Below are positions 1-8,652 of a stretch of DNA of 32,000 nt, piece by piece. The notes beneath the pieces are model-generated. The model made no database searches and had not been told where the DNA came from. It saw nothing but the letters and a program-made list of their open reading frames with translations. The DNA is from Candidatus Pelagibacter ubique HTCC1062 (GTDB taxonomy: Bacteria > Pseudomonadota > Alphaproteobacteria > Pelagibacterales > Pelagibacteraceae). The DNA is taken from contig NC_007205.1 in NCBI RefSeq assembly GCF_000012345.1, positions 1,050,001-1,082,000 on the forward strand, read 5' to 3'. The position numbers and the translations under genes were made by a program. Position 1 is the stretch's first letter, and every line of letters starts with the position of its first letter.

Positions 1-1526
1 CCACAGATATAATGCGAGCACCAGATACAGTTAAAAAATACCTAAGTCCAGATCAGCATAAATTATATGATTTAATTTGGAGTAGAGCCCTATCCTCTCA
101 AATGAAACCCGCTCAATTTGATAGAAATACTATAACGATAACTTCGGATGATAATGGAACAATTTGTAAAGCTAGTGGATCTGTTATTAAATTTGATGGC
201 TTTTTAAAAGTTATGAAAGATACTAAAAAAGATGATGATGAAGATATCCTTCCTGAAATGAACAAGGGTCCAGTTAATATAGAATCTCTATTAGATGAAC
301 AGCATTTTACACAGCCACCACCAAGATATTCAGAAGCTAGTTTGGTTAAGAAATTAGAAGAATTAGGTATTGGAAGACCTTCAACATATGCAAGTATAAT
401 ATCTGTTATATCTACTAGAGGATATGCGGAAACAATTAATAAAAGATTTCACCCAACTGATCGTGGTAAATTAATTTCTGCTTTTCTTGAAAAGCTTTTC
501 TCTAAATATGTTGACTATAATTTCACTGCAAGTTTAGAAAATCAACTTGATGATATTACTACCGGGAAGGAAGGATGGATAAAAGTTCTAGAGTTATTTT
601 GGAAAGACTTTAATCAAAACGTATCTGACGTTAAAGAGAAAAGAACTAGGGAGGTTTTAGATCTATTAAACGATAGTCTAGGAAGTTTAATTTTTGAAAG
701 AGATACAGAAGGAAATATTAATAGACAATGCAAGTTATGTAACGGTGGATCATTAAGTTTAAAAAATAGTTTTAGAGGTGGTGCTTTTATTGGTTGCTCA
801 AATTATCCAGATTGTAAATTTACCAGACCCCTGTCTAAAGCAAAAGCAGCTGCTCAATCTCAATTAGCTGAACCAAAATTTATAGGTAAGCATGAAAATG
901 GAAATGACATGTACCTTAAAAATGGAAGGTTTGGTCCCTACTTACAGTATGAAAAAATTGAGGAAATAAAAGATGAGATTATAATTGAAACAAAAAAGAA
1001 AAAAAAAACAAAAAAAAAAAAGATAGAAAAAGAAGATAATAATTTAAGAAATGTCTCAATACCTAAAGGAATTACATTAGATAGCGTTGATCTTGATAGA
1101 GCTAAATTTTTATGCTCATTACCAAAAAGTTTAGGCATTAACCCTGAAAATCAGAGAGATATAATATTAAACTCAGGAAGATTTGGCCCATATTTGAAAT
1201 GTGAAAACAAATCAGCAAGGATTGAAAATGTTGAGGAGATCTTCTCAATTGGGCTTAATAGAGCAATAACTCTAATAGCAGAGGCTAAACCTGGTAGAAT
1301 GTCTGCATCAATTATAAAAGATCTAGGAGAGCACCCTGAAGACAAAAAACCTGTTAGAGTAATGAAAGGACAATATGGGCCTTATATTAAATATAAATCT
1401 CTTAATGCAACAATTCCAGAGGAAAAAGACCCTTTAGAACTTAATATGGAAGAAGCTTTAATATTAATTGAGAAAAGAAAAGAATACGATAAAAATAAAA
1501 AAGTTAAAAAAAAGAAAAAGAAATGA
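1..1526 (+). CDS. topA: DNA topoisomerase I (type IA), C-terminal ~505 aa; 5' end lies upstream of the window
   Basis: The frame is open to the window edge (codons ACA GAT ATA precede the listed Met at 12). Conserved 'GIGRPSTYASII' motif. One C4 zinc ribbon, CKLC...CSNYPDC. Three zinc-less C-terminal repeats: NGRFGPYLQY, SGRFGPYLKC, KGQYGPYIKY. Lys-rich tail. Confidence 0.93.
   Translation, partial: TDIMRAPDTVKKYLSPDQHKLYDLIWSRALSSQMKPAQFDRNTITITSDDNGTICKASGSVIKFDGFLKVMKDTKKDDDEDILPEMNKGPVNIESLLDEQHFTQPPPRYSEASLVKKLEELGIGRPSTYASIISVISTRGYAETINKRFHPTDRGKLISAFLEKLFSKYVDYNFTASLENQLDDITTGKEGWIKVLELFWKDFNQNVSDVKEKRTREVLDLLNDSLGSLIFERDTEGNINRQCKLCNGGSLSLKNSFRGGAFIGCSNYPDCKFTRPLSKAKAAAQSQLAEPKFIGKHENGNDMYLKNGRFGPYLQYEKIEEIKDEIIIETKKKKKTKKKKIEKEDNNLRNVSIPKGITLDSVDLDRAKFLCSLPKSLGINPENQRDIILNSGRFGPYLKCENKSARIENVEEIFSIGLNRAITLIAEAKPGRMSASIIKDLGEHPEDKKPVRVMKGQYGPYIKYKSLNATIPEEKDPLELNMEEALILIEKRKEYDKNKKVKKKKKK
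999..1021 (+). repeat. Homopolymer block A10-C-A12 (preceded by A6-G) inside topA, encoding a poly-Lys linker
   Basis: Read directly: 992-997 A6, 998 G, 999-1008 A10, 1009 C, 1010-1021 A12. Translated in frame as KKKKKTKKKK. Confidence 0.95.
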
Positions 1527-1825
1527 AAAAAATAATATTTATAACATTAATTACATCAGCACTTATGTCTAATGCTATGGCTGAAAAAATTGATTGTAAT
1601 CAGTTTGAAAAGGTTAGTGCTAAATACATAGAGTGTTCAGCAAAAAATCTAAAAGAAAAATCTTCAGAACTTAAATTAAAAGCAACGGTTGGAGCTGAAG
1701 AACTTAAAGATAAAATAACTACTAATGCTAAAAGTGGAAAAAAGAAATTTGACAAACTTAATTTAAAAGAAAAACTTGTTAAATTTAAAAACAGTAAAAC
1801 ATTAACTGAATTTATGGAGAAATAA
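1523..1825 (+). CDS. Small secreted/periplasmic Lys-rich protein of unknown function (100 aa)
   Basis: N-terminal signal peptide MKKIIFITLITSALMSNAMA with an AxA cleavage site. The mature part is Lys/Glu-rich with two Cys (CNQFEKVSAKYIEC). The start overlaps the topA stop (ATGA), and the stop lies 2 nt before the next ATG. I recognise no family. Confidence 0.6.
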   Translation: MKKIIFITLITSALMSNAMAEKIDCNQFEKVSAKYIECSAKNLKEKSSELKLKATVGAEELKDKITTNAKSGKKKFDKLNLKEKLVKFKNSKTLTEFMEK

Positions 1826-1827
1826 TC

Positions 1828-2289
1828 ATGTCATATGAAGATAAAATTAAAGAATTAAAGTTAGAACTGCCAGAAGCAAGAGATCCTGTTGGATCATATC
1901 TTGCATCAAAACAAATTGGTAAGATGTTATTCATCTCAGGACAAATTTCTACTGCAGCAAATGGAGAATTAATCAAAGGTAAGGTTGGTAAGGATCTAAA
2001 AACTGAAGATGGATATGAAGCAGCTAAACGTTGTGGTTTAAACATTATATCTCAAGTTAAAAAAGCTTGTGGTAATGATCTTTCAAAAGTTAAATCTTGT
2101 ATAAAACTTACAGGATTTGTTAATTCAACAGAAGATTTTACAGAACAACCTAAAGTAATAAATGGTGCTTCAGATTTAATAGTTTCAGTTTTTGGAGACT
2201 CTGGAATGCATACAAGAGCAGCTGTTAGTACAAACAGTTTGCCCCTTGGTGTGTCAGTTGAGGTTGATGCTATTTTTGAATTAAATTAA
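1828..2289 (+). CDS. RidA/YjgF/UK114-family protein (reactive-intermediate deaminase family)
   Basis: 153 aa. Family-typical 'LFISGQIS', and C-terminal 'HTRAAVSTNSLPLGVSVEVDAIFEL'. Confidence 0.85.
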   Translation: MSYEDKIKELKLELPEARDPVGSYLASKQIGKMLFISGQISTAANGELIKGKVGKDLKTEDGYEAAKRCGLNIISQVKKACGNDLSKVKSCIKLTGFVNSTEDFTEQPKVINGASDLIVSVFGDSGMHTRAAVSTNSLPLGVSVEVDAIFELN

Positions 2290-3584
2290 TTTCCAATACT
2301 AAAATATTTAATTTTATTATCTTTCATTTTATCAGCTGAGTAAATATTTCTCATATCAAAAATTGAGAATTTTTTATTTTTCACATCTTTTTTAAAATTA
2401 ATATTTTTAAAATCATTCCATTCTGTGTGAATAATGATTAAATCTGATTTTTTAATTGCGTCTTTAATGTTGTTTGAAAAAGTAACATTATTAAATTTTT
2501 TAAAATCTAGTTTTTCTCCAGTTGGATCAAAATAATTTATCTTTGCACCTTTTTTAATTAATGCAGGGATCATTGTTAGGCTTGAAGAATCTCTCATATC
2601 ATCTGTATTGGCTTTAAATGTTACCCCTAAGAAACAAATATTTTTATTTTTTATTTTATTTTTTAAAATCTCGAAAACTTTTTTTAGCATTAGTGATGAT
2701 CTATTTTCATTTGATTTAATAACACTTTTAATCACTGTTAAATTAGTTTTGAATTTATTTGCAGTGGCTGTAATGGCCTTAGTATCTTTTGGAAAACAAG
2801 ATCCACCATAAGCAGGACCAGCTCTTAAAAAACGACTGCCAATTCTATTATCAAGGCCCATACCAATAGAGATATCTTCAATGTTAACATTAATTTTTTC
2901 ACATAAATTGGCTAGCTCATTAATAAAAGTAATCTTTGTTGCTAGAAAAGCATTAGAAGCATATTTTATTAATTCGGCTGCTCTTCGAGACGTATTAACG
3001 TATTTTGCACCTTTTGATATCAATGGCGAATAAAGATTTTTTAAAATCTTATTAGATTTTTTATTGTGAGTCCCAATAACTACTCTGTCAGGGTAGGTAA
3101 AATCTCTTATAGCATCACCTTCTCTTAAAAATTCAGGATTTGAAACCACTGAAAAAAGTTTTTTTGATACTTTTTTTGAAATAATCTTTTCTATTTCGTC
3201 TCCAGTTGTCACAGGTACAGTAGATTTAGTTATAATAATTTTAAATCTTTTAATAGATTTGCTAATTTCTTTTGCAACATTGTATACCTGGCTTAAATCA
3301 GCATTATTTCCATTTTTTTTAGTGGGAGTGCCAACACAAATAAAAATAATATCCGATTTTGAAATTGAATCTTTTAAATTTGTGGAGAATCGTAAACGAT
3401 TATTTTTATAATTTTTAATGAGTAATTCTTCTAAACCAGGTTCATATATTGGGATAATACCATTTTTTAAGTTTTCAATTTTATTTAAATCTTTATCAAC
3501 ACAAATAACGTCATTTCCTAAATCAGAAAAACAAACTCCACTAACTAAACCGACATACCCCGTTCCTATCATGCAAAGTTTCAT
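2286..3584 (-). CDS. ugd: UDP-glucose 6-dehydrogenase
   Basis: N-terminal Rossmann motif 'MIGTGYVGLVSG'. Catalytic-Cys motif 'GGSCFPKDT'. 432 aa, typical for the UDP-glucose/GDP-mannose dehydrogenase family. Confidence 0.92.
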   Translation of the reverse strand: MKLCMIGTGYVGLVSGVCFSDLGNDVICVDKDLNKIENLKNGIIPIYEPGLEELLIKNYKNNRLRFSTNLKDSISKSDIIFICVGTPTKKNGNNADLSQVYNVAKEISKSIKRFKIIITKSTVPVTTGDEIEKIISKKVSKKLFSVVSNPEFLREGDAIRDFTYPDRVVIGTHNKKSNKILKNLYSPLISKGAKYVNTSRRAAELIKYASNAFLATKITFINELANLCEKINVNIEDISIGMGLDNRIGSRFLRAGPAYGGSCFPKDTKAITATANKFKTNLTVIKSVIKSNENRSSLMLKKVFEILKNKIKNKNICFLGVTFKANTDDMRDSSSLTMIPALIKKGAKINYFDPTGEKLDFKKFNNVTFSNNIKDAIKKSDLIIIHTEWNDFKNINFKKDVKNKKFSIFDMRNIYSADKMKDNKIKYFSIGN

Positions 3585-4396
3585 TGTTTAGAAATCTCCA
3601 ACGTTGATTTAATATAACCTTTCATTGTTCCACAATCTAAGTATTTACCTGAAAAATTGTGACCAATAAATTGATTATCATCTTCTATTAAAGCTTGGAT
3701 AGCGTCAGTGATATGAAATTCACCACTTTTACCTGGTTTAAGAGATTTTAATTTAGAAAAAATTGTTTTAGGTAATATATATCTTCCTATTACAGCATTA
3801 TTAGAAGGTGAAGTTTTTATAGAAGGTTTTTCAACAACATTATTTATAATAAAATTATTTTTATCAATTTTTTTTCTGATGTTGTAGATACCCCACCTAG
3901 ATACATCATTTTTATTAACCTTCATACTTGCCATAACTGATGCTTTAAATTTATTATGCACGGCAATCATTGACTTAGAGCAGTTTTTTTTAATTATCAA
4001 ATCATCAGGTAATAACATTAAAAAATATTTATCTGTAATAAATTTTTTAGTCTTGTAGACAGCATCACCAGTTCCTAATGGTTTGTCTTGAAAAACAAAT
4101 TTAATCATTTTTTTATATTTGAGAATTTTTTTATATTCTTTGATAATTTTTGGATCATTTTTTTTCTTGATAATATCTTTGTAAAATTTATCATTATAAA
4201 AATATTTCTTTATCATCAATTTTTTTTTAGAAATAATAAATACAATTTCCTTAATACCAGCCTCAATACATTCTTCGATAATATATTCTAAGCCTGGTTT
4301 TCCATTAATAGGTAGAAGCTCTTTAGCAAAAACACTTGTTAGTGGTAGTAGTCTAGTACCAAGACCAGCTAAAGGAATTATAGCTTGTTTAATCAT
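3581..4396 (-). CDS. galU: UTP--glucose-1-phosphate uridylyltransferase
   Basis: 'IPLAGLGTRLLPLT...KELLPI' nucleotidyltransferase N-terminus and the GalU 'VEKP' motif. Overlaps the ugd start by 4 nt. Confidence 0.9.
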   Translation of the reverse strand: MIKQAIIPLAGLGTRLLPLTSVFAKELLPINGKPGLEYIIEECIEAGIKEIVFIISKKKLMIKKYFYNDKFYKDIIKKKNDPKIIKEYKKILKYKKMIKFVFQDKPLGTGDAVYKTKKFITDKYFLMLLPDDLIIKKNCSKSMIAVHNKFKASVMASMKVNKNDVSRWGIYNIRKKIDKNNFIINNVVEKPSIKTSPSNNAVIGRYILPKTIFSKLKSLKPGKSGEFHITDAIQALIEDDNQFIGHNFSGKYLDCGTMKGYIKSTLEISKQ

Positions 4397-4430
4397 ATAA
4401 ATGTTTTACTTATTAATATTCTTATTACAA

Positions 4431-5243
4431 ATGAAATTAATAAAATTAAAAACTGATTTAATTAAGGCAATTGAGTTAGATAGAAGATTAGGTTTTGTCC
4501 CAACAATGGGTAGTTTGCACGAAGGTCACAAAACATTAATAAAAACATCACAAAAAAACTGCAAAAAAACATTAGTCAGTATTTTTATTAATCCAACTCA
4601 ATTTAATAATAAAAAAGATTACAAAACATACCCAAAGAATTTAAAGCAAGATTTGAGTTACCTTAAAAAACTTAAAGTTGACTATGTATATTTGCCAACC
4701 ATTAAACAAATTTATTGGAAAAAAAATAATGAAATTAAACTAAATAAATCACAAAAAATATTATGTGCAAAATTTAGAAAAGGACATTTTGAAGGTGTAC
4801 TTAATGTTTTAGATCGTTTTATTGAATTAATTTCTCCACAAAAAATGTTTATGGGAGAAAAAGATTTTCAACAATTTTTCTTGGTTAAAAACTATATTGA
4901 AAATAAGTACAATACCAAAGTTCACGTATGTAAAACAGTCAGAGAAAAAAACAAACTAGCTTTATCTTCCAGAAACTCTTTATTAAATAAGAAAAGTTTT
5001 ATTAATTCAGGAATAATTGCAAAAAAATTATTATCTTTAAAAAATGAAATTAAGAAAAACAAAAAAAATTACAAAAAAATGATATTTTATTTAAAGGAAG
5101 AGCTATCTAAAAATTTTGATATTAAAATTGAATATTTGGAATGTAGAAACACACATAATTTAAGCACAAATATTATGAACAAACCTTTTAAACTTTTTGT
5201 GGCCTACTATATTAATAACGTACGTTTAATTGACAATTTTTAG
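4431..5243 (+). CDS. panC: Pantoate--beta-alanine ligase (pantothenate synthetase)
   Basis: '[13 protein letters not shown]' signature. I prefer the second Met (4431) over the ORF-track Met (4401): it places PTMG ~24 aa from the N-terminus as in characterised PanC, and the extra [10 protein letters not shown] has no counterpart. Confidence 0.88.
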
Positions 5244-6613
5244 AGAAAATAAGCACTAACACCAAGAAATGAAACAAAACCTATAACATCAGTAATAGTT
5301 GTTACAAACACACTTGATGCAATAGCAGGATCAATATCCATTTTTTTTAAAGTTATAGGTACTAAAATTCCAAATAAACCTGCAACAATCATCGTAACTA
5401 TCATTGACATAGAAATTATTAAAGAAAGTAGAGAATCTTGAAACCAAACTTGAACTACTAAAGCACTTATTATTGCAAATATGATACCATTTAAAATACC
5501 AATATTAAATTCTTTTAAAATATTTTGAGTAAAATTGTTTTTTGTTAAGTCATTTGTTGCTAATGTTCTTACAGTTACAGCCAAAGTTTGCATTCCAGCA
5601 TTACCACCCATAGATGCAACGATTGGCATAAGAAATGCAAGCACAACCATTTGTTCGATTGTTGCACCAAATAAACTAATAACCCACGTTGCAAGAAATG
5701 CTGTAAATAAGTTTAATAAAAGCCAGTTAAATCTTCTTCTAGTTTTCTTAAAAACTCCATCAGTAATTTCTTCATCCCCTACCCCAGCTAATCTTAAGGC
5801 ATCTTCTTCGGCTTCTTCTTTTAATACAGTTAAAACATCGTCATACATGATCATACCAACCAACTTGTTTGATTTATCAACAACAGCTGCTGAATTTAAG
5901 CTATAGTTTTCAAACACGTTACCAACTTCTTCTTTGTCCATATCAACAGGAATAAGTAGTTGAGATTCTGACATAATAGAAAGCATTTTAGTTTCTCTCG
6001 AAGTAGTTAAAACTTTAGATGATGGAACAGTTCCAATCGGTTTAAAATCTTCATCTATAATAAAAATTTCAAGAAATTCCTCAGGTAAATCTTTATTTTC
6101 TCTTAAATAGTCAATTGTTTGACCAACTGACCAATTACTAGGAACTGCCGTGAATTCACGTTGCATTATTCTAGCAGCTGTGTCTTCCGGATAACTTAAG
6201 CTTTCAAGTAAAGCAAATCTATCTTTTGGAGGTAAGGAGCTTAATATTGTATTCTTATCTTTTTCATCAACATTTTCTAAAATTGTAATCGCATCATCAG
6301 ATTCAAGATTTTTTAAAAGTCTAACAATAGTATCAGGTGAAAGATAAGCTATGATTTCAGACTGCACCGACTCGTTTAATTCAATAAAAACTTCTGGATC
6401 TATATTGAAATTATTAAGTTTAATTAAGCTTTCTCTATCATTTTGACCAAGATGTTCAATTATATCAGCCGCATCAGCTGGGTGCATCTCATTAAAAGAA
6501 TTAGTAATAAATTGAGCATCATTATTAGCAATCTTAGAAGTAACAACTTTTATGTACTCTTTATTAAACTCAAAATTAACTTTTTTATCTTTTATTTTTT
6601 TTATTAAAGACAT
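5240..6613 (-). CDS. mgtE: Magnesium transporter MgtE
   Basis: MgtE N-domain ('[13 protein letters not shown]'), CBS-pair region, and a C-terminal 5-TM domain with the 'MGGNAGMQ' motif. Confidence 0.93.
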
Positions 6614-6635
6614 AAATTTACCTATAAATCAATTT

Positions 6636-6650
6636 TGCACTAATAGTGCA
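6636..6650. promoter_or_regulatory. Perfect 15-bp palindrome TGCACTA-A-TAGTGCA centred in the mgtE/lipB divergent spacer (candidate operator)
   Basis: Base-by-base check: 6636-6642 is the reverse complement of 6644-6650. Extends to ~23 bp with one mismatch. It contains the only G/C bases in the interior of the 61-bp spacer, and its centre (6643) is 30 nt from the mgtE ATG and 32 nt from the lipB ATG. Confidence 0.35.
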
Positions 6651-6674
6651 TAATAAAAATAATACAATTTATAA

Positions 6675-7295
6675 ATGAATATAGAGATTAAAAAGTCAAT
6701 AAAACCAATAAAATATGAAGATGCAATAAAACTACTTGAAGAAAGATTATTAGAGATAAACAATGGTCAAAAAGAGGATTTAATATGGATCTTAGAACAT
6801 GAAGAGGTTTATTCAGCAGGTACGAGTTACAAAGAAAAAGAAATTCTTAATAAAGATATTAGTCTAGTAAAAACAAACCGTGGAGGAAAAATTACTTATC
6901 ATGGTCCAGGTCAATTGATTTGTTATTTTGTGATAGATTTAAAAAAAAGAAAAAAAGATATAAGAAAATTTATAACTTTAATTGAAGAGACGATTATTGA
7001 CAGTTTATCAAAATTTAATATTAAGACATTTGGTGATCCAAAAAACATTGGTATTTGGACTGACCATAAAGGTAAAATTAATAAAGTTGCAGCAATTGGT
7101 GTAAGAGTAAGTAAGTGGATAGCATATCATGGATTTGCAATAAATATTAATAACGATCTTTCAAAATATAAAAATATTATTCCGTGTGGTATTTCAGACA
7201 AAGGCGTAATCAATCTTAAAGAAATTAAAGATCAAGACTATAAGAATTTAGATGAAATTATTATTGAAACCTTTTCTAAGAATTTGGAAATCTAA
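6675..7295 (+). CDS. lipB: Octanoyltransferase (lipoyl(octanoyl) transferase)
   Basis: '[13 protein letters not shown]', '[12 protein letters not shown]' (active Lys) and 'PCG' (active Cys) motifs. Confidence 0.93.
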
Positions 7296-8190
7296 GTCTT
7301 TTTGTTTTTAAAAGTTTTTTAAAATAATCTGGTAATAATGCTGTGTAGGTATATTTTTTATCATTTATCATAAATTTAATTTGATATGAATGAAGCATTA
7401 AATTTTTATTTATTGCTTTATCTGTGTTACTAAATTTATATTTTTGATCCCCATAGATTGGACATCCTACAGCATAAAGTTGTTTTCTTAATTGATGTTT
7501 TCTTCCTGTAATTGGTTTCATTTCAACTAGACTGCATATAGAATTTTTATCTAACACTTTGTAAAGTGTTCTAGCTTTTTCAACTACTTCTCTATCATTA
7601 TCGTATCTGGTTAAATCATCATTCCACTCACCAGAGTCCTTTTGCAGCTCTCCATGACATATGGCCAGATAAGTTTTATGAACTTTTCGAAGTCTAAATA
7701 AAGAGGTTAATAACTGGGCAGATTGTCTATGTTTTGCCATAATAAAAACTCCAGACGTATCTTTATCAAGTCTATGTACAGAAAATGGTTTAGTGTCCTG
7801 AAAAATTTCACTACGAGCAAATATATCTACAAGATTTTTTTTAGATTTAGTTCCACCTTGAACTGAAATACCAGAGCTTTTATTAAGAACAATGAAATCA
7901 TCATTATTATCAATTATTAATTCTTCATTTTCTTTAATAACTTCTTCTGAAGGTACAAATTTAATTGTCTTTTGAACAATTGTTTCTTTAAAATCAAAGT
8001 TGAATAAATCTATAGTGTCACCGGTCTTTACTTTATGAGAGCTTTTAATTTTTTTATTATTGATTTTAACTTTTCCACTTTTTAAACTTTTTTCAATTAG
8101 ACCTTGAGGGTAATTGCCAAGATTATTACGTATCCATCTATCGATACGCATATCGTTAAACGTTGAATCAACGTTAAAAGACTTTTTCAT
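7276..8190 (-). CDS. rluC: RluA-family 23S rRNA pseudouridine synthase (RluC/RluD-like) with N-terminal S4 domain
   Basis: S4-like N-terminus ('RIDRWI...[10 protein letters not shown]') and the catalytic 'HRLDKDTSG' motif. 'KTYLAICHG' resembles the RluC subgroup. The family call is firm. The C versus D assignment is tentative. Confidence 0.8.
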
Positions 8191-8214
8191 GATGATATAA
8201 TTTTATATAAAAAA

Positions 8215-8652
8215 TTAAGCAGTAGCTAATTTTTTCTCTTCAGTTTTATCTTTAGCTGGATCTTTTTTCTTTCTATCAACTCTTTTTGCCTCAACATCTC
8301 TATCTACAAATTCAATTACAGCCATAGGTGCATTGTCACCATATCTAAAGCCAGCTTTGATGATTCTTGTGTAGCCACCATTTCTTGCTTCATATCTTTT
8401 TGACAATGTTTTTTTGACTTTATTCGCAGATGTTATATCTTGTAATTTAGACATTAACATTTTTGTAGTTTGAAGAGTCTCTTTTTTTCCTAAAGTTATG
8501 ATTTTATCAGCTTGAGGTTTTAAGAATTTAGCTTTTGGAAGTGTTGTAGTGATCTGCTCATATTTTATTAAAGAATTAAGCATATTCTTCAATAAAGCTT
8601 TTCTATGTTCAGAAGTTCTATTTAACTTCTTATTAGCCATACCATGTCTCAT
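8215..8652 (-). CDS. rplQ: 50S ribosomal protein L17
   Basis: '[23 protein letters not shown]' L17 N-terminus. Follows rpoA. Lys/Asp-rich C-terminal tail. Confidence 0.97.
   Translation of the reverse strand: MRHGMANKKLNRTSEHRKALLKNMLNSLIKYEQITTTLPKAKFLKPQADKIITLGKKETLQTTKMLMSKLQDITSANKVKKTLSKRYEARNGGYTRIIKAGFRYGDNAPMAVIEFVDRDVEAKRVDRKKKDPAKDKTEEKKLATA

Noticed and set aside
4401-4430. ORF-track start of panC at 4401 ([10 protein letters not shown] extension).
   Set aside because: The hydrophobic decapeptide has no counterpart in PanC. The Met at 4431 gives the normal distance to the PTMG..HxGH motif. I kept 4431 as the start but cannot exclude 4401.
6614-6674. M-box (Mg2+) riboswitch upstream of mgtE, as found in Firmicutes.
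   Set aside because: The spacer is 61 bp of mostly A/T, far too short for a riboswitch of 150 nt or more. Only the 15-bp palindrome stands out.
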